Shown: piece after piece, positions 20,760 through 29,587 of the stretch | Position numbering within the stretch: the first letter of the stretch is position 1 | Layout of the letters: each line of letters begins with the position of its first letter | NCBI GenBank assembly: GCA_002382045.1 | Contig: DFZJ01000223.1 | Coordinates: 9,758-59,410 of the forward strand | Source of the DNA: Syntrophaceae bacterium UBA4059 | GTDB taxonomy: Bacteria; Desulfobacterota; Syntrophia; Syntrophales; Smithellaceae | Length of the DNA stretch: 49,653 nt | Direction: 5' to 3' | Made by a program: the position numbers and the translations under genes | Notes under the pieces: generated by a model | What the model saw: only the letters and a program-made list of their open reading frames with translations | What the model was told of the DNA's origin: nothing | The model's database searches: none

Positions 20760-21197
20760 ATGGACATCCAGAAAAAGATTATTTTCACTATTATTGTTTT
20801 TTGCTCTTTTTTTTATTCATCCATGTCTATTGCACAAGAGCCCATACCTGATCTCAAAGGCACGTGGCGCGGAATATCTTATTTATCCGCCGATTCGACA
20901 AAATTTCTTCATTCAAAAAACATAATTAGACTGAACATATTAAAGCAATCAGGCCTTCAATTCAGTGGAAACATTGAACTGCAGGATGGAGAAGTAACAC
21001 GGATGCGCAATTTTTCAGGTTTTTTGAATGAACGGGAAGGTTACATCTGGTACTTCGGCATCGTTGTAGAAGGTTGTGATTTGAATGTCGGCTACCTGTT
21101 AAGAAAAGACTTCATGAAGATTCATTTGAAGAATTTCAATTCTAATTCTGAAGTTATAGTAGGCAGACTCTATAACAAAAAGGCGCGGTCAGATTAA
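20760..21197 (+). CDS. hypothetical secreted protein (AT-rich orphan)
   Basis: The signal peptide is MDIQKKIIFTIIVFCSFFYSSMSIAQE. No family was recognised. The GC content is about 36% by hand count, against about 50% in the flanks. Confidence 0.5.
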   Translation: MDIQKKIIFTIIVFCSFFYSSMSIAQEPIPDLKGTWRGISYLSADSTKFLHSKNIIRLNILKQSGLQFSGNIELQDGEVTRMRNFSGFLNEREGYIWYFGIVVEGCDLNVGYLLRKDFMKIHLKNFNSNSEVIVGRLYNKKARSD

Positions 21198-21201
21198 AGC
21201 T

Positions 21202-21277
21202 GGTGCGGAGCCAGAGGCTACAATGTGTTCCTCCTTTCAATGTGTTCACTTTTTATCCTCCCTCCGCACCTTTTTTT
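21202..21277 (+). terminator. long-range stem (GGTGCGGAG / CTCCGCACC) followed by T7
   Basis: A 9-bp stem (21202-21210 with 21262-21270) encloses a 51-nt loop containing the direct repeat CAATGTGTTC twice, followed by TTTTTTT. It sits between the convergent orphan gene and nhaA. Confidence 0.35.
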
Positions 21278-21278
21278 G

Positions 21279-22637
21279 TTAATTCTTAACCTTGAATTTT
21301 CGTGCGCTGAGGTAGAGCCAGGTGAGACCGATCATCGCAGCAATCACCGACGCCATGATAATCCCAAGTCTCGCCTCTTCAAAGAGTGCGGGGCTATTGG
21401 TAAAAGCCAATTGCGCGATAAAGAGGGACATCGTGAAGCCAATCCCACCGAGCCAGGCCGCGCCCAGGATATGACGCCATTGGACGCCGCTGGGGAGTTT
21501 TGCCAAACCAATTTTTACGGCCAGCCAGGCGAAGCCGGATATTCCGATAAACTTTCCTAAAACTAAACCAAGCATCACCCCCAACGTTACGGATTGCACG
21601 ATAACATCCCTAAAAGGTATGGCCAGCAGATCCAGTCCGGCATTCGCCATGGCAAACAGCGGGATGATGCCGAAGGTAACCCAGGGGGAAAGATGATGTT
21701 CCATTCGTTGCTGCGGCGACTGGACGGCGACTGATGTTTTTTCGAGACGCTCAGCAACAGCGTACATGTTGTTAATCTCCAACGGCATGTTGGGGCCGTC
21801 AAGATTGACGACTGATGAGCGGAAGGCATTACTCATATTATCCAGATGTTCGTCAAATTGTTGCGGGGTATAAACCGGGCGTGCGGGAATAGCGAAAGCC
21901 AGAAGCACACCGGCCAGAGTAGCGTGTATGCCCGATTTGAGGAGAGCCATCCACAGGAGAATCCCCAGGATCGCATAGGGTAAAGGATAGCGGATGCCTC
22001 CCCGGTTGCAGAGAACCAGGATGCCCAGCAGGCCAATGGCAGAGCCCAGAGACGTCATATCGATGTTCTGTGTATAAAAGAGCGCGATGACTAGCACAGC
22101 GCCCAAGTCGTCTGCAATGGCCAGAGCCGTCAAAAAGATGATGAGGTTTTTGGGGATGCGCCAGGACAGAAGAACAAGGATTCCCACGGCAAAGGCAATA
22201 TCCGTGGCCATGGGAATCCCCCAGCCCGCCAAAGCATTACCGGACGGATTAAATAGATAATAAATGATCGCCGGAACAAGCATGCCCCCAATCGCCCCCG
22301 CCACCGGAAGAGCGGCATTACGCAGAGAGGCAAGCTCTCCCACCAATATTTCACGTTTCAGTTCAAGGCCAACCAGCAAAAAAAACAAAGCCATCAGACC
22401 TTCATTCACCCAGGCGTGAAGCGACATTTCCATGTTCTCCCGACCGATCCCGATACGGACGGGCGTCTCCCACAAATGTCGATAAGCGTCACCCCATGGC
22501 GAACTGGCTACAATCAAGGTCAGCAGCGTCATGCCCATCAGTACAATTCCCCCGGCCGTGACGCGTTGGAGAAACCGCTCAAAGGGGCCAATGATTTTCC
22601 CGAAAAGGGGTTCGAGGGGATAATGATGCTTTGTCAT
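21279..22637 (-). CDS. nhaA: Na+/H+ antiporter NhaA
   Basis: Motifs seen are FFLLVGLELKRE and ALAIADDLGAV (Asp pair), with about 12 TM segments and 452 aa. Confidence 0.92.
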   Translation of the reverse strand: MTKHHYPLEPLFGKIIGPFERFLQRVTAGGIVLMGMTLLTLIVASSPWGDAYRHLWETPVRIGIGRENMEMSLHAWVNEGLMALFFLLVGLELKREILVGELASLRNAALPVAGAIGGMLVPAIIYYLFNPSGNALAGWGIPMATDIAFAVGILVLLSWRIPKNLIIFLTALAIADDLGAVLVIALFYTQNIDMTSLGSAIGLLGILVLCNRGGIRYPLPYAILGILLWMALLKSGIHATLAGVLLAFAIPARPVYTPQQFDEHLDNMSNAFRSSVVNLDGPNMPLEINNMYAVAERLEKTSVAVQSPQQRMEHHLSPWVTFGIIPLFAMANAGLDLLAIPFRDVIVQSVTLGVMLGLVLGKFIGISGFAWLAVKIGLAKLPSGVQWRHILGAAWLGGIGFTMSLFIAQLAFTNSPALFEEARLGIIMASVIAAMIGLTWLYLSARKFKVKN

Positions 22638-22715
22638 GTATTATTATGCCTTTAGCTAAACCGAAAACGTTATTATTTCTATACTGTGCCTGTTTATAAA
22701 ATGCAAGCATTACCG

Positions 22716-22731
22716 GTGAATGTTGATTCAC
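22716..22731. promoter_or_regulatory. perfect palindrome GTGAAT-N4-ATTCAC in the nhaA / 22962 divergent region
   Basis: The 6-4-6 inverted repeat is seen directly. A third GTGAAT half-site lies at 22743-22748. No cognate regulator was identified. Confidence 0.2.
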
Positions 22732-22961
22732 GATCTTTACCCGTGAATTACCGAACCGTGATCGATATTTTTTATAGGCTTCGATGACTATTACCTTGAC
22801 ATGCGAGACCTTTTTGGCTCATAAATTCTTTTAAAACACCTTTGTTACGATCCATGAAAGGAGTTGTGCGTGCCTATTTTCGTGACACTTTTCCTGAGTC
22901 TGCTTGTAGCATTCCCTAATCCTGTTAATAATTTGGCGCCGTACACTGAAAAGGATTGCGT

Positions 22962-24893
22962 ATGCGTAACAGAATAACCCGGCCAGACTCAGACTTCCGC
23001 AGCAAGGTGATCAACACGGATCAGGTCCTGGATAAAATAAGGCCGGGACAGAAAATTTTCGTTTCGAGCGGTGTGGCGGCTCCGGGGAAAGTTCTGACGG
23101 CCATTGCCGGGTCCGAGGCGAGCAATATCCGTGATCTGGAAATCATTCAGCTCATTACGCTGGGCAAATATCTTACGGCTCAAAGCGACTCCAGGCAATA
23201 CCGGTTAAAGACATTCAATGTCGGCGAGAGTATCAGCAAGGAGCTTGCCGAAGGCAAAGTCGATTTTATTCCCGCCAATCTGATGGAGCTGCCTTACATT
23301 TTTTTAAGTGGCGCAGTGGCCGTTGATGTGGCGATTATTCAAACCTCCGCCCCCGACGATAAAGGTTTTGTGTCTCTGGGCGTGGCCGTGGATGTTGCCA
23401 GTATCGTCGTTAAACAGGCGTCGCTGGTTATCGCCGAAATCAATCCCAACATGCCGGTAACCAACGGCGAGACTTCCATCCACGTCAGCAATATTGACTA
23501 TATTATTGAAAGCGACCTGCCGCTTATTGAGCGGGAAAATAAACCCTACGATGCCATTACCGACCGAATTGGCTGGAATATTTCCAACATGATCGAAGAT
23601 GGTGCAACCGTAGGATTGCATGTCGGCAGGATATTCAACGCCGTGGCCGCTCATTTAAAAAACAAGAAAAATCTCGGCATTGTAACACACGTTGTTTCCG
23701 ACTGGGCCATCGATCTGATTAACTCCGGCGCCATTGCGCTTGACCGCAGCCGTTTTAACGGAGGACTCATTACAACGAGTTATTGCTACGGAAGCCGCGC
23801 CTTGTATGATTATGTCCACCGCAACCCCATTTTCGAGTTTTATCCGCTTGACCAGTTGGGCAATCCCTTTGTTGTAAGGCGCATCAAGAGCCTCATCGGT
23901 ATTATGAACGTTAAAAAAATCGATATTTCCGGGGAGTCGGTCATCTTTCATTCCGGTGATAATCTTCTGACCGGTTATGAAAGCAAGCTGGGTTTCGCGC
24001 TGGCCGCGACCATTTCCAAAAGAGGCAAGGCCATTGTGGCGCTCAATTCCGTGGACAAGCAGGGAAACAGCAATATCGTTATCCGGCATGACGGTAAAAT
24101 TGACAGCCCGCACAGCACGCTGGGTGTGGTGAAATACATCGTCACCGAATACGGCGTGGCGAATCTATTCGGTAAGTCCATCCGTGAGCGGGCCATTGCC
24201 ATGATTGACATTGCCCATCCTGATCATCGCGAGGACTTACTGAACCAGGCCAAGGCGCTCAATTACGTTTACGCGGATCAGATTTATGTTGCCCGCCATG
24301 CCGCCCATTACCCGGCGGGGCTGGAAACGCGCAAGTCCCTGCGCGACGGCCTGGAAATCAAAATCCGTCCGATCAAATCATCCGATGAAGACATGATGCG
24401 CCGGTTGTTTTACAATTTTTCCGACGAGTCGAAATATTTCCGTTATTTCGCCTCGAAGCCCGTCATGCCACACAAAGAAATGCAAAGTTACGTCAATATT
24501 GATTACGAGAACATTTTGTCGGTCGTAGCGATTGTGGAAAAGGGACGAAATGAAAGGATTATTGCGGAAGCGCGTTATGCTTACGATAAAAACGCCCAGG
24601 CTTATGAAATTGCCTTTATTGTCGATGAAGAATTTCAAGGGAAGGGCGTTGCCACTTTTTTGTTTAGCTATCTGGTCAAAATTGCGCGCGACCGGGGCAT
24701 TGGCTGTTTTATGGCGTATGTGTTGCCGCGTAATGAGGCCATGTTGAAAGTTTTTGAAAGATCAAAAATAGCAATCACCCGGTCTTACGATTCGGATGCG
24801 CTGGTTTTACGTTTTAATCTGGCGGCGCCGAATAACATCAATGACGACGCGGCAATGCAGGATGATAAAAACACAGTTCCGGGTCGCAGGTGA
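22962..24893 (+). CDS. acetyl-CoA hydrolase/transferase-like domain fused to a C-terminal Pat-type GNAT acetyltransferase
   Basis: The N-terminal ~450 aa align with the CoA-transferases at 31202 and 44650 (for example KIRPGQKIFVSSGVAAP and IIQTSAPDDKGFVSLGV). The C-terminal ~170 aa is a GNAT with FQGKGVATFLF. A TTG at 22956 is an alternative start. Confidence 0.85.
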   Translation: MRNRITRPDSDFRSKVINTDQVLDKIRPGQKIFVSSGVAAPGKVLTAIAGSEASNIRDLEIIQLITLGKYLTAQSDSRQYRLKTFNVGESISKELAEGKVDFIPANLMELPYIFLSGAVAVDVAIIQTSAPDDKGFVSLGVAVDVASIVVKQASLVIAEINPNMPVTNGETSIHVSNIDYIIESDLPLIERENKPYDAITDRIGWNISNMIEDGATVGLHVGRIFNAVAAHLKNKKNLGIVTHVVSDWAIDLINSGAIALDRSRFNGGLITTSYCYGSRALYDYVHRNPIFEFYPLDQLGNPFVVRRIKSLIGIMNVKKIDISGESVIFHSGDNLLTGYESKLGFALAATISKRGKAIVALNSVDKQGNSNIVIRHDGKIDSPHSTLGVVKYIVTEYGVANLFGKSIRERAIAMIDIAHPDHREDLLNQAKALNYVYADQIYVARHAAHYPAGLETRKSLRDGLEIKIRPIKSSDEDMMRRLFYNFSDESKYFRYFASKPVMPHKEMQSYVNIDYENILSVVAIVEKGRNERIIAEARYAYDKNAQAYEIAFIVDEEFQGKGVATFLFSYLVKIARDRGIGCFMAYVLPRNEAMLKVFERSKIAITRSYDSDALVLRFNLAAPNNINDDAAMQDDKNTVPGRR

Positions 24894-24952
24894 TCCGGGG
24901 GGTCAGACCCGTCAGATTTTTTAGAATTGAAAACCATTGAGGAGACAAAGCT

Positions 24953-27871
24953 ATGTCACCGCAAAAAAAGCCGGCAGCAAAACCCATGGCCAGGAAGATT
25001 GCCAAAAAAATATCCGGCGCCGTTACCGGGAAGACGACTAAAAAGGCGTCTCCCAGGCCTCTTAAAAAGGTCCCTCCCAAGCTTCTGAAGAAGTTGTCAC
25101 CCGAGCCCTCGAAGAAAGCGTTGAAGAAACTTGATCCCCCTGAGAAATCAGGCGGCCGGATTGAAGAAATCATCAATTCCATCGGAGCAGGCATTTATAT
25201 GACCCGCAAAGGCAAGTTTGTCTCTGTCAGTTCCACCTATGAGCAGCTGACCGGTTATGCGGCAGCCGATTTGATCGGCAAAAACTTCCTCGACTACGTC
25301 CATCGGGAAGATCGGGCATGGGTCAGGAAAAATGCCGCAGTCAGTTTGAAAAAGAAAAATGCCGCTCCTTATGAATACCGATTCGTTAGAAATGATGGCG
25401 ACATCATGTGGGTTTTAGAAATCGCCAGCGCCGGCATTCATCAGGGAGAGCAGGCCACACTCGGGAGTATCATGGATATTACCCGGTATAAGCAGACCGA
25501 GGACGCAAGCGGTCTGAAAGAAGAAAGATACCATGCTCTTCTGGAGGAAACAGAAGAGAACTATTATGAAATTGATCTGAAAGGAAACTTTACGTTTGTC
25601 AATGACGCCCTGGTCCGCCATATGGGCTATTCCAAAGAGGAGCTGATCGGCATGAATTACCGGCAGTACAGCGATGCAAAGACGGCTCAAAAAATGCGGG
25701 AACTTTACAGCCGGCTTTACCAAAGCGGAAAACCCTTTATCAATGTCGAGGGCACTTTTATCACCAAAGGCGGCGCTATACGATTTGTCGAAATTTCAGG
25801 GGCGCTGATCCGGGATAAGCTGGGTAAGCCGGTTGGCTTTCGGGGTCTTTCACGTGACATTACCGATCGCAAGCAGATGGAAAATGAGCTGCGCAAGAGT
25901 GAAGAAAGATACCGCACGATTCTGGAGGAAATCAACGAAGGTTGCTCGGAGTTCGATCTGTCAGGAACCTGGACATTTACGAATGAGGCGGCGGCGAATA
26001 TTCTCGGCTACGCACCGGCGGAATTAATCGGTAAAAATTATAAGGATGTAACCGATGAAGACGCCGGGCGAAAAATATTTCATGCTTTCAACAACCTTTA
26101 TCAAACCGGGAAATCGTTCAAGGGCGTGGAGGCTGAATTTATCACCAAACAGGGTATCCGGCGGGTGAATGAAATTTCCGGCGCCCTGCTCCGGGATGAA
26201 AAAGGGCAGCCGGTCGGATTCCGCGCTCTTGGCCGTGACATCACGGAGCGCAAGTGGGCGGAAGACGCGCTGCTCCAGAGTGAGGCCAGATATTTCAGCA
26301 TTATTGAAAGCATCGGCGATGCCTACTTTGAAACGGATCTCACCGGCATGACCACCTTTGTCAATGACAAAGCCTGCGAAGATCTGGGTTATACCCGTGA
26401 AGAGTTGCTGCATATGTCGAACAGGGATCTACAGGATGAAGCCTCGTCGCAGGAGACGTATGCCGTTTTTAATGAAGTTTATGAAACCGGCCGGCCGTTT
26501 AGAGAATTTCAATACAAGGTGAATCGCAAAGACGGTACGAGAGCCATTTTTGAAATGGCCGTATCCCTGATGCGGGATGCTGACGGTAAACCCATAGGCT
26601 TTAGAGGTCTGAGCCGGGACATTACCGAACGTAAGAAAATGGAAGATGCTCTGAAAGCCAGCGAAGCACGCGCCCGGACGCTGATTGCCACCATTCCGGA
26701 CCCCTATGTTGAAAGGGATCTGCAGGGCAGGGCTGTTTTCGTCAACGACGCTTATGTCAAGTTATCAGGCTATAGCAGCGAAGAGCTGCGCAATATGCCG
26801 TATAGTGAATATCTCGATGCTGAAAATGCCGAAATCGTATCCAATACCTATCAGACCGTTTTGCAGACCGGTTTGATGATGAAAAATGTTGAGATAGACC
26901 TCATCACCAAGCAGAGAGAAACGCGGCGGGTGAATCTGTCCGCAAGTCTCATTCTGGATTCTCAGGGCAATCCGTCAGGATTTCAATCCATTATTCGCGA
27001 TATAACGGACGTCAAGAAAGCGCAGGAGCTTATCAAGCAGTCCGAACAATCTCTGCGGGAATATTCTGAAACATTGGAACGGCGTGTCAAGGAACGCACG
27101 GCTGAACTGGAAAAGGCAAAGATCGCTGCGGAAGCGGCCAGCCGCGCCAAATCGGATTTCATGGCCAATATCAGCCATGAATTTCAGACGCCGCTCAATG
27201 CAGTCATCGGCTTTACCAAAGTGCTGCAAGATCGGATGTTTGGCGAACTCAGTGACAAGCAGGAAGAATTTGTCCGCTTCATTGCCGACGCGGGCGCAAG
27301 TCTGAGTCGAATCATTACGGAAATAGTGGATGCGTCCCAAGTGTCATCGGGACGCATCAAACTGAAATGCTCATCCGTTTCGATTACGGACCTACTGTCG
27401 CAAACGACCCGGCTGCTGGTCTCGCAGATTGAAGAAAAGAAGCAGATTCTGACGGTGGATGTGGATCTGGATGCCGATATTGCCATCGAAGCGGATGAAC
27501 AGAAGATTCAGCAAGCCCTTTTTCACCTGATGAGTAATGCGGTAAAATATACCGATCATGGCGGGGAAATTAATGTCAAAGCCGCCAGAACCAGACAGCC
27601 TGTTTCACGGCAAGAAGGTGTCAGCATCGCTGTCAGGGATACGGGTATCGGCATTAAGGCGGAAGATATGTCCAAGCTCTTCCAGGCGTTTGGCACGCTG
27701 GAATCCCCTTACTCCAAGACAGGAACGGGCATCGGTATCGGCCTGTCTCTGACCAAGCAGCTGGTGGAACTCCACGGCGGAACAGTCAGCGTCGAAAGTA
27801 AATTTGGACACGGCAGTTGCTTTACCGTTTTTCTGCCGCTGAAACAAAAACAGACGGGGGCGATGGAGTAG
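24953..27871 (+). CDS. soluble multi-PAS sensor histidine kinase (Lys/Pro-rich N-terminal tail, 5 PAS domains, HisKA, HATPase_c)
   Basis: Five ~120-aa PAS units each end in G(F/L)(R/Q)..(S/G)RDIT(D/E)(R/V)K. The H-box is SHEFQTPLNAVIGF. The N, G1 and G2 boxes are NAVKYT, DTGIGI and GTGIGIGLS. No TM segment is present. Confidence 0.9.
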   Translation: MSPQKKPAAKPMARKIAKKISGAVTGKTTKKASPRPLKKVPPKLLKKLSPEPSKKALKKLDPPEKSGGRIEEIINSIGAGIYMTRKGKFVSVSSTYEQLTGYAAADLIGKNFLDYVHREDRAWVRKNAAVSLKKKNAAPYEYRFVRNDGDIMWVLEIASAGIHQGEQATLGSIMDITRYKQTEDASGLKEERYHALLEETEENYYEIDLKGNFTFVNDALVRHMGYSKEELIGMNYRQYSDAKTAQKMRELYSRLYQSGKPFINVEGTFITKGGAIRFVEISGALIRDKLGKPVGFRGLSRDITDRKQMENELRKSEERYRTILEEINEGCSEFDLSGTWTFTNEAAANILGYAPAELIGKNYKDVTDEDAGRKIFHAFNNLYQTGKSFKGVEAEFITKQGIRRVNEISGALLRDEKGQPVGFRALGRDITERKWAEDALLQSEARYFSIIESIGDAYFETDLTGMTTFVNDKACEDLGYTREELLHMSNRDLQDEASSQETYAVFNEVYETGRPFREFQYKVNRKDGTRAIFEMAVSLMRDADGKPIGFRGLSRDITERKKMEDALKASEARARTLIATIPDPYVERDLQGRAVFVNDAYVKLSGYSSEELRNMPYSEYLDAENAEIVSNTYQTVLQTGLMMKNVEIDLITKQRETRRVNLSASLILDSQGNPSGFQSIIRDITDVKKAQELIKQSEQSLREYSETLERRVKERTAELEKAKIAAEAASRAKSDFMANISHEFQTPLNAVIGFTKVLQDRMFGELSDKQEEFVRFIADAGASLSRIITEIVDASQVSSGRIKLKCSSVSITDLLSQTTRLLVSQIEEKKQILTVDVDLDADIAIEADEQKIQQALFHLMSNAVKYTDHGGEINVKAARTRQPVSRQEGVSIAVRDTGIGIKAEDMSKLFQAFGTLESPYSKTGTGIGIGLSLTKQLVELHGGTVSVESKFGHGSCFTVFLPLKQKQTGAME

Positions 27872-27881
27872 CCATGTTGCC

Positions 27882-29426
27882 ATGAGCTCAACGGATGCTT
27901 ACGCCATGAATATGAGGCAGTCGCAGATCCTGTGTGTCGATAGCGACGCAGCCGGACTGGTCTTGCTCGACGCGATTCTCACGCCGCGCGGTTATGATGT
28001 GATTCGCGTCAATACCGGTCAGCAGGCGCTGGAAGTTCTCGAACGGCAAACGGTCGATTTAATCCTTTTGGGCGTCATTTTGTCCGGAACGGATGGGTTT
28101 ACCATCTGCGAGCAAATTCGGGCTGGTGAACGCTTTCATGATATCCCTATTTTGATGATGTCCGCTCTGAAGTCGCGTGAATATCTTCTCCGGGGCATTG
28201 AAGCCGGCGCCGATGATTATTTGTTTAAACCGCTTGATCATGAAGAAATGCTTGCCCGCATTAAAATGCGCCTGAAGCGCAAAAAAACACGCGACGGCTT
28301 CAACGATGCATACAGTGATATGAATAAGCTTGCGGCCCTGAGCAGAGAAATGATCGAACCCTTCCATGCATCGCGTTTTGATTTTCAGGCCAATATCGAC
28401 AAAATTGTTAAACTGCTGGTCGGCACGACAACAAACATGGTCAACAAGCCGCGGTCGGTGGTTGTGGGCAATATGACGGACCATCAACTCTGGCATTGGG
28501 TTCATTATGAATATGCTTTTAACGAATTAAACCGGGTCAAACTGGATTTCAGCCCGCTGACCGGTATTCCGTTGCCGGAAAAGGGCAAGTCGAAAACGAT
28601 TTTGCTGACAGGCAGGCAGCTTGCGCCGGAGGCAACGCAGCTGGTCAATAATTTCCAGACCAGAAATATGTCCCTTGAAAATGGCCTGGGGTACTTAACC
28701 CATGAACTGTGCATTCTGGCCGTTAATTACGGACAGGAGATCAGCGACTATAATATTCATTTTTTCCAGCAGGTTGCTGTCCAGGGACACTTTTTTCACT
28801 CCCTTGCGGATCAGCATCAGGAAGTCGTGAAAGCCTTTGACTACACCGTTTACACGCTGGCCCGCGCCGCTGAAGCCCATGACGACGATACGGGCAATCA
28901 TAATTATCGTGTGGGAGAATACTGTGGGATCATTGCCGAACGTCTGGGCATGAAGGATGATTTTGTTCATGCCATCCGAATACAGGCGACGCTCCACGAT
29001 GTCGGTAAAATTCATGTTCCCCTGCCCATTCTTAGAAAAACTGAACCGCGGAGTGCGGAGGAGTGGATTGAATTCAGAAAGCATACCCTCTGGGGAGCAA
29101 AAATTATCGGCGGCAATCCGCATTTGCTGATCGGACAATCAATCGCCCTGAATCACCATGAAAAATGGGACGGCAGCGGCTACCCCAGGGGGCTCAAAGG
29201 CGATGCCATTCCCATCGAAGCGAGAATCGCAGCGATTGCAGACCAGTATGACGCGCTGCGTACCGGACGGAATCAGAAAATGGCCGTTGACCATGCCACG
29301 GCCACCAAAATTCTCAACCATGGCGATGGGCGCATTAAGCCGCAGCATTTCGATCCCCAGATCCTCAAAGCCTACCGCGAGACAGCCTTTCTTTTTGAAG
29401 AAGTTTATGAAAGACGGAAAGGATAA
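27882..29426 (+). CDS. receiver-domain / HD-GYP domain protein (RpfG-like c-di-GMP phosphodiesterase) with an atypical receiver
   Basis: It has a REC-like N-terminus (ILCVDSD...DLILLGVILSGTDG...MMSA...FKP). The HD-GYP domain carries HDVGKI and HHEKWDGSGYPRGL. It starts 10 nt after the kinase stop. Confidence 0.88.
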   Translation: MSSTDAYAMNMRQSQILCVDSDAAGLVLLDAILTPRGYDVIRVNTGQQALEVLERQTVDLILLGVILSGTDGFTICEQIRAGERFHDIPILMMSALKSREYLLRGIEAGADDYLFKPLDHEEMLARIKMRLKRKKTRDGFNDAYSDMNKLAALSREMIEPFHASRFDFQANIDKIVKLLVGTTTNMVNKPRSVVVGNMTDHQLWHWVHYEYAFNELNRVKLDFSPLTGIPLPEKGKSKTILLTGRQLAPEATQLVNNFQTRNMSLENGLGYLTHELCILAVNYGQEISDYNIHFFQQVAVQGHFFHSLADQHQEVVKAFDYTVYTLARAAEAHDDDTGNHNYRVGEYCGIIAERLGMKDDFVHAIRIQATLHDVGKIHVPLPILRKTEPRSAEEWIEFRKHTLWGAKIIGGNPHLLIGQSIALNHHEKWDGSGYPRGLKGDAIPIEARIAAIADQYDALRTGRNQKMAVDHATATKILNHGDGRIKPQHFDPQILKAYRETAFLFEEVYERRKG

Positions 29427-29587
29427 AGCCGCTGGGCGATGGGTCAAATCACTCTTGCCTTAACGTCTCAATTATGAAATAGTCGCCGGGAATTAATCCA
29501 TGAGTTAAGATCGACGGTTACACTTTAAAAAGCCATGAAAAAAAACAAACAGCATCAATATATTGAGATCAAGGAGGTAGCAGAATT

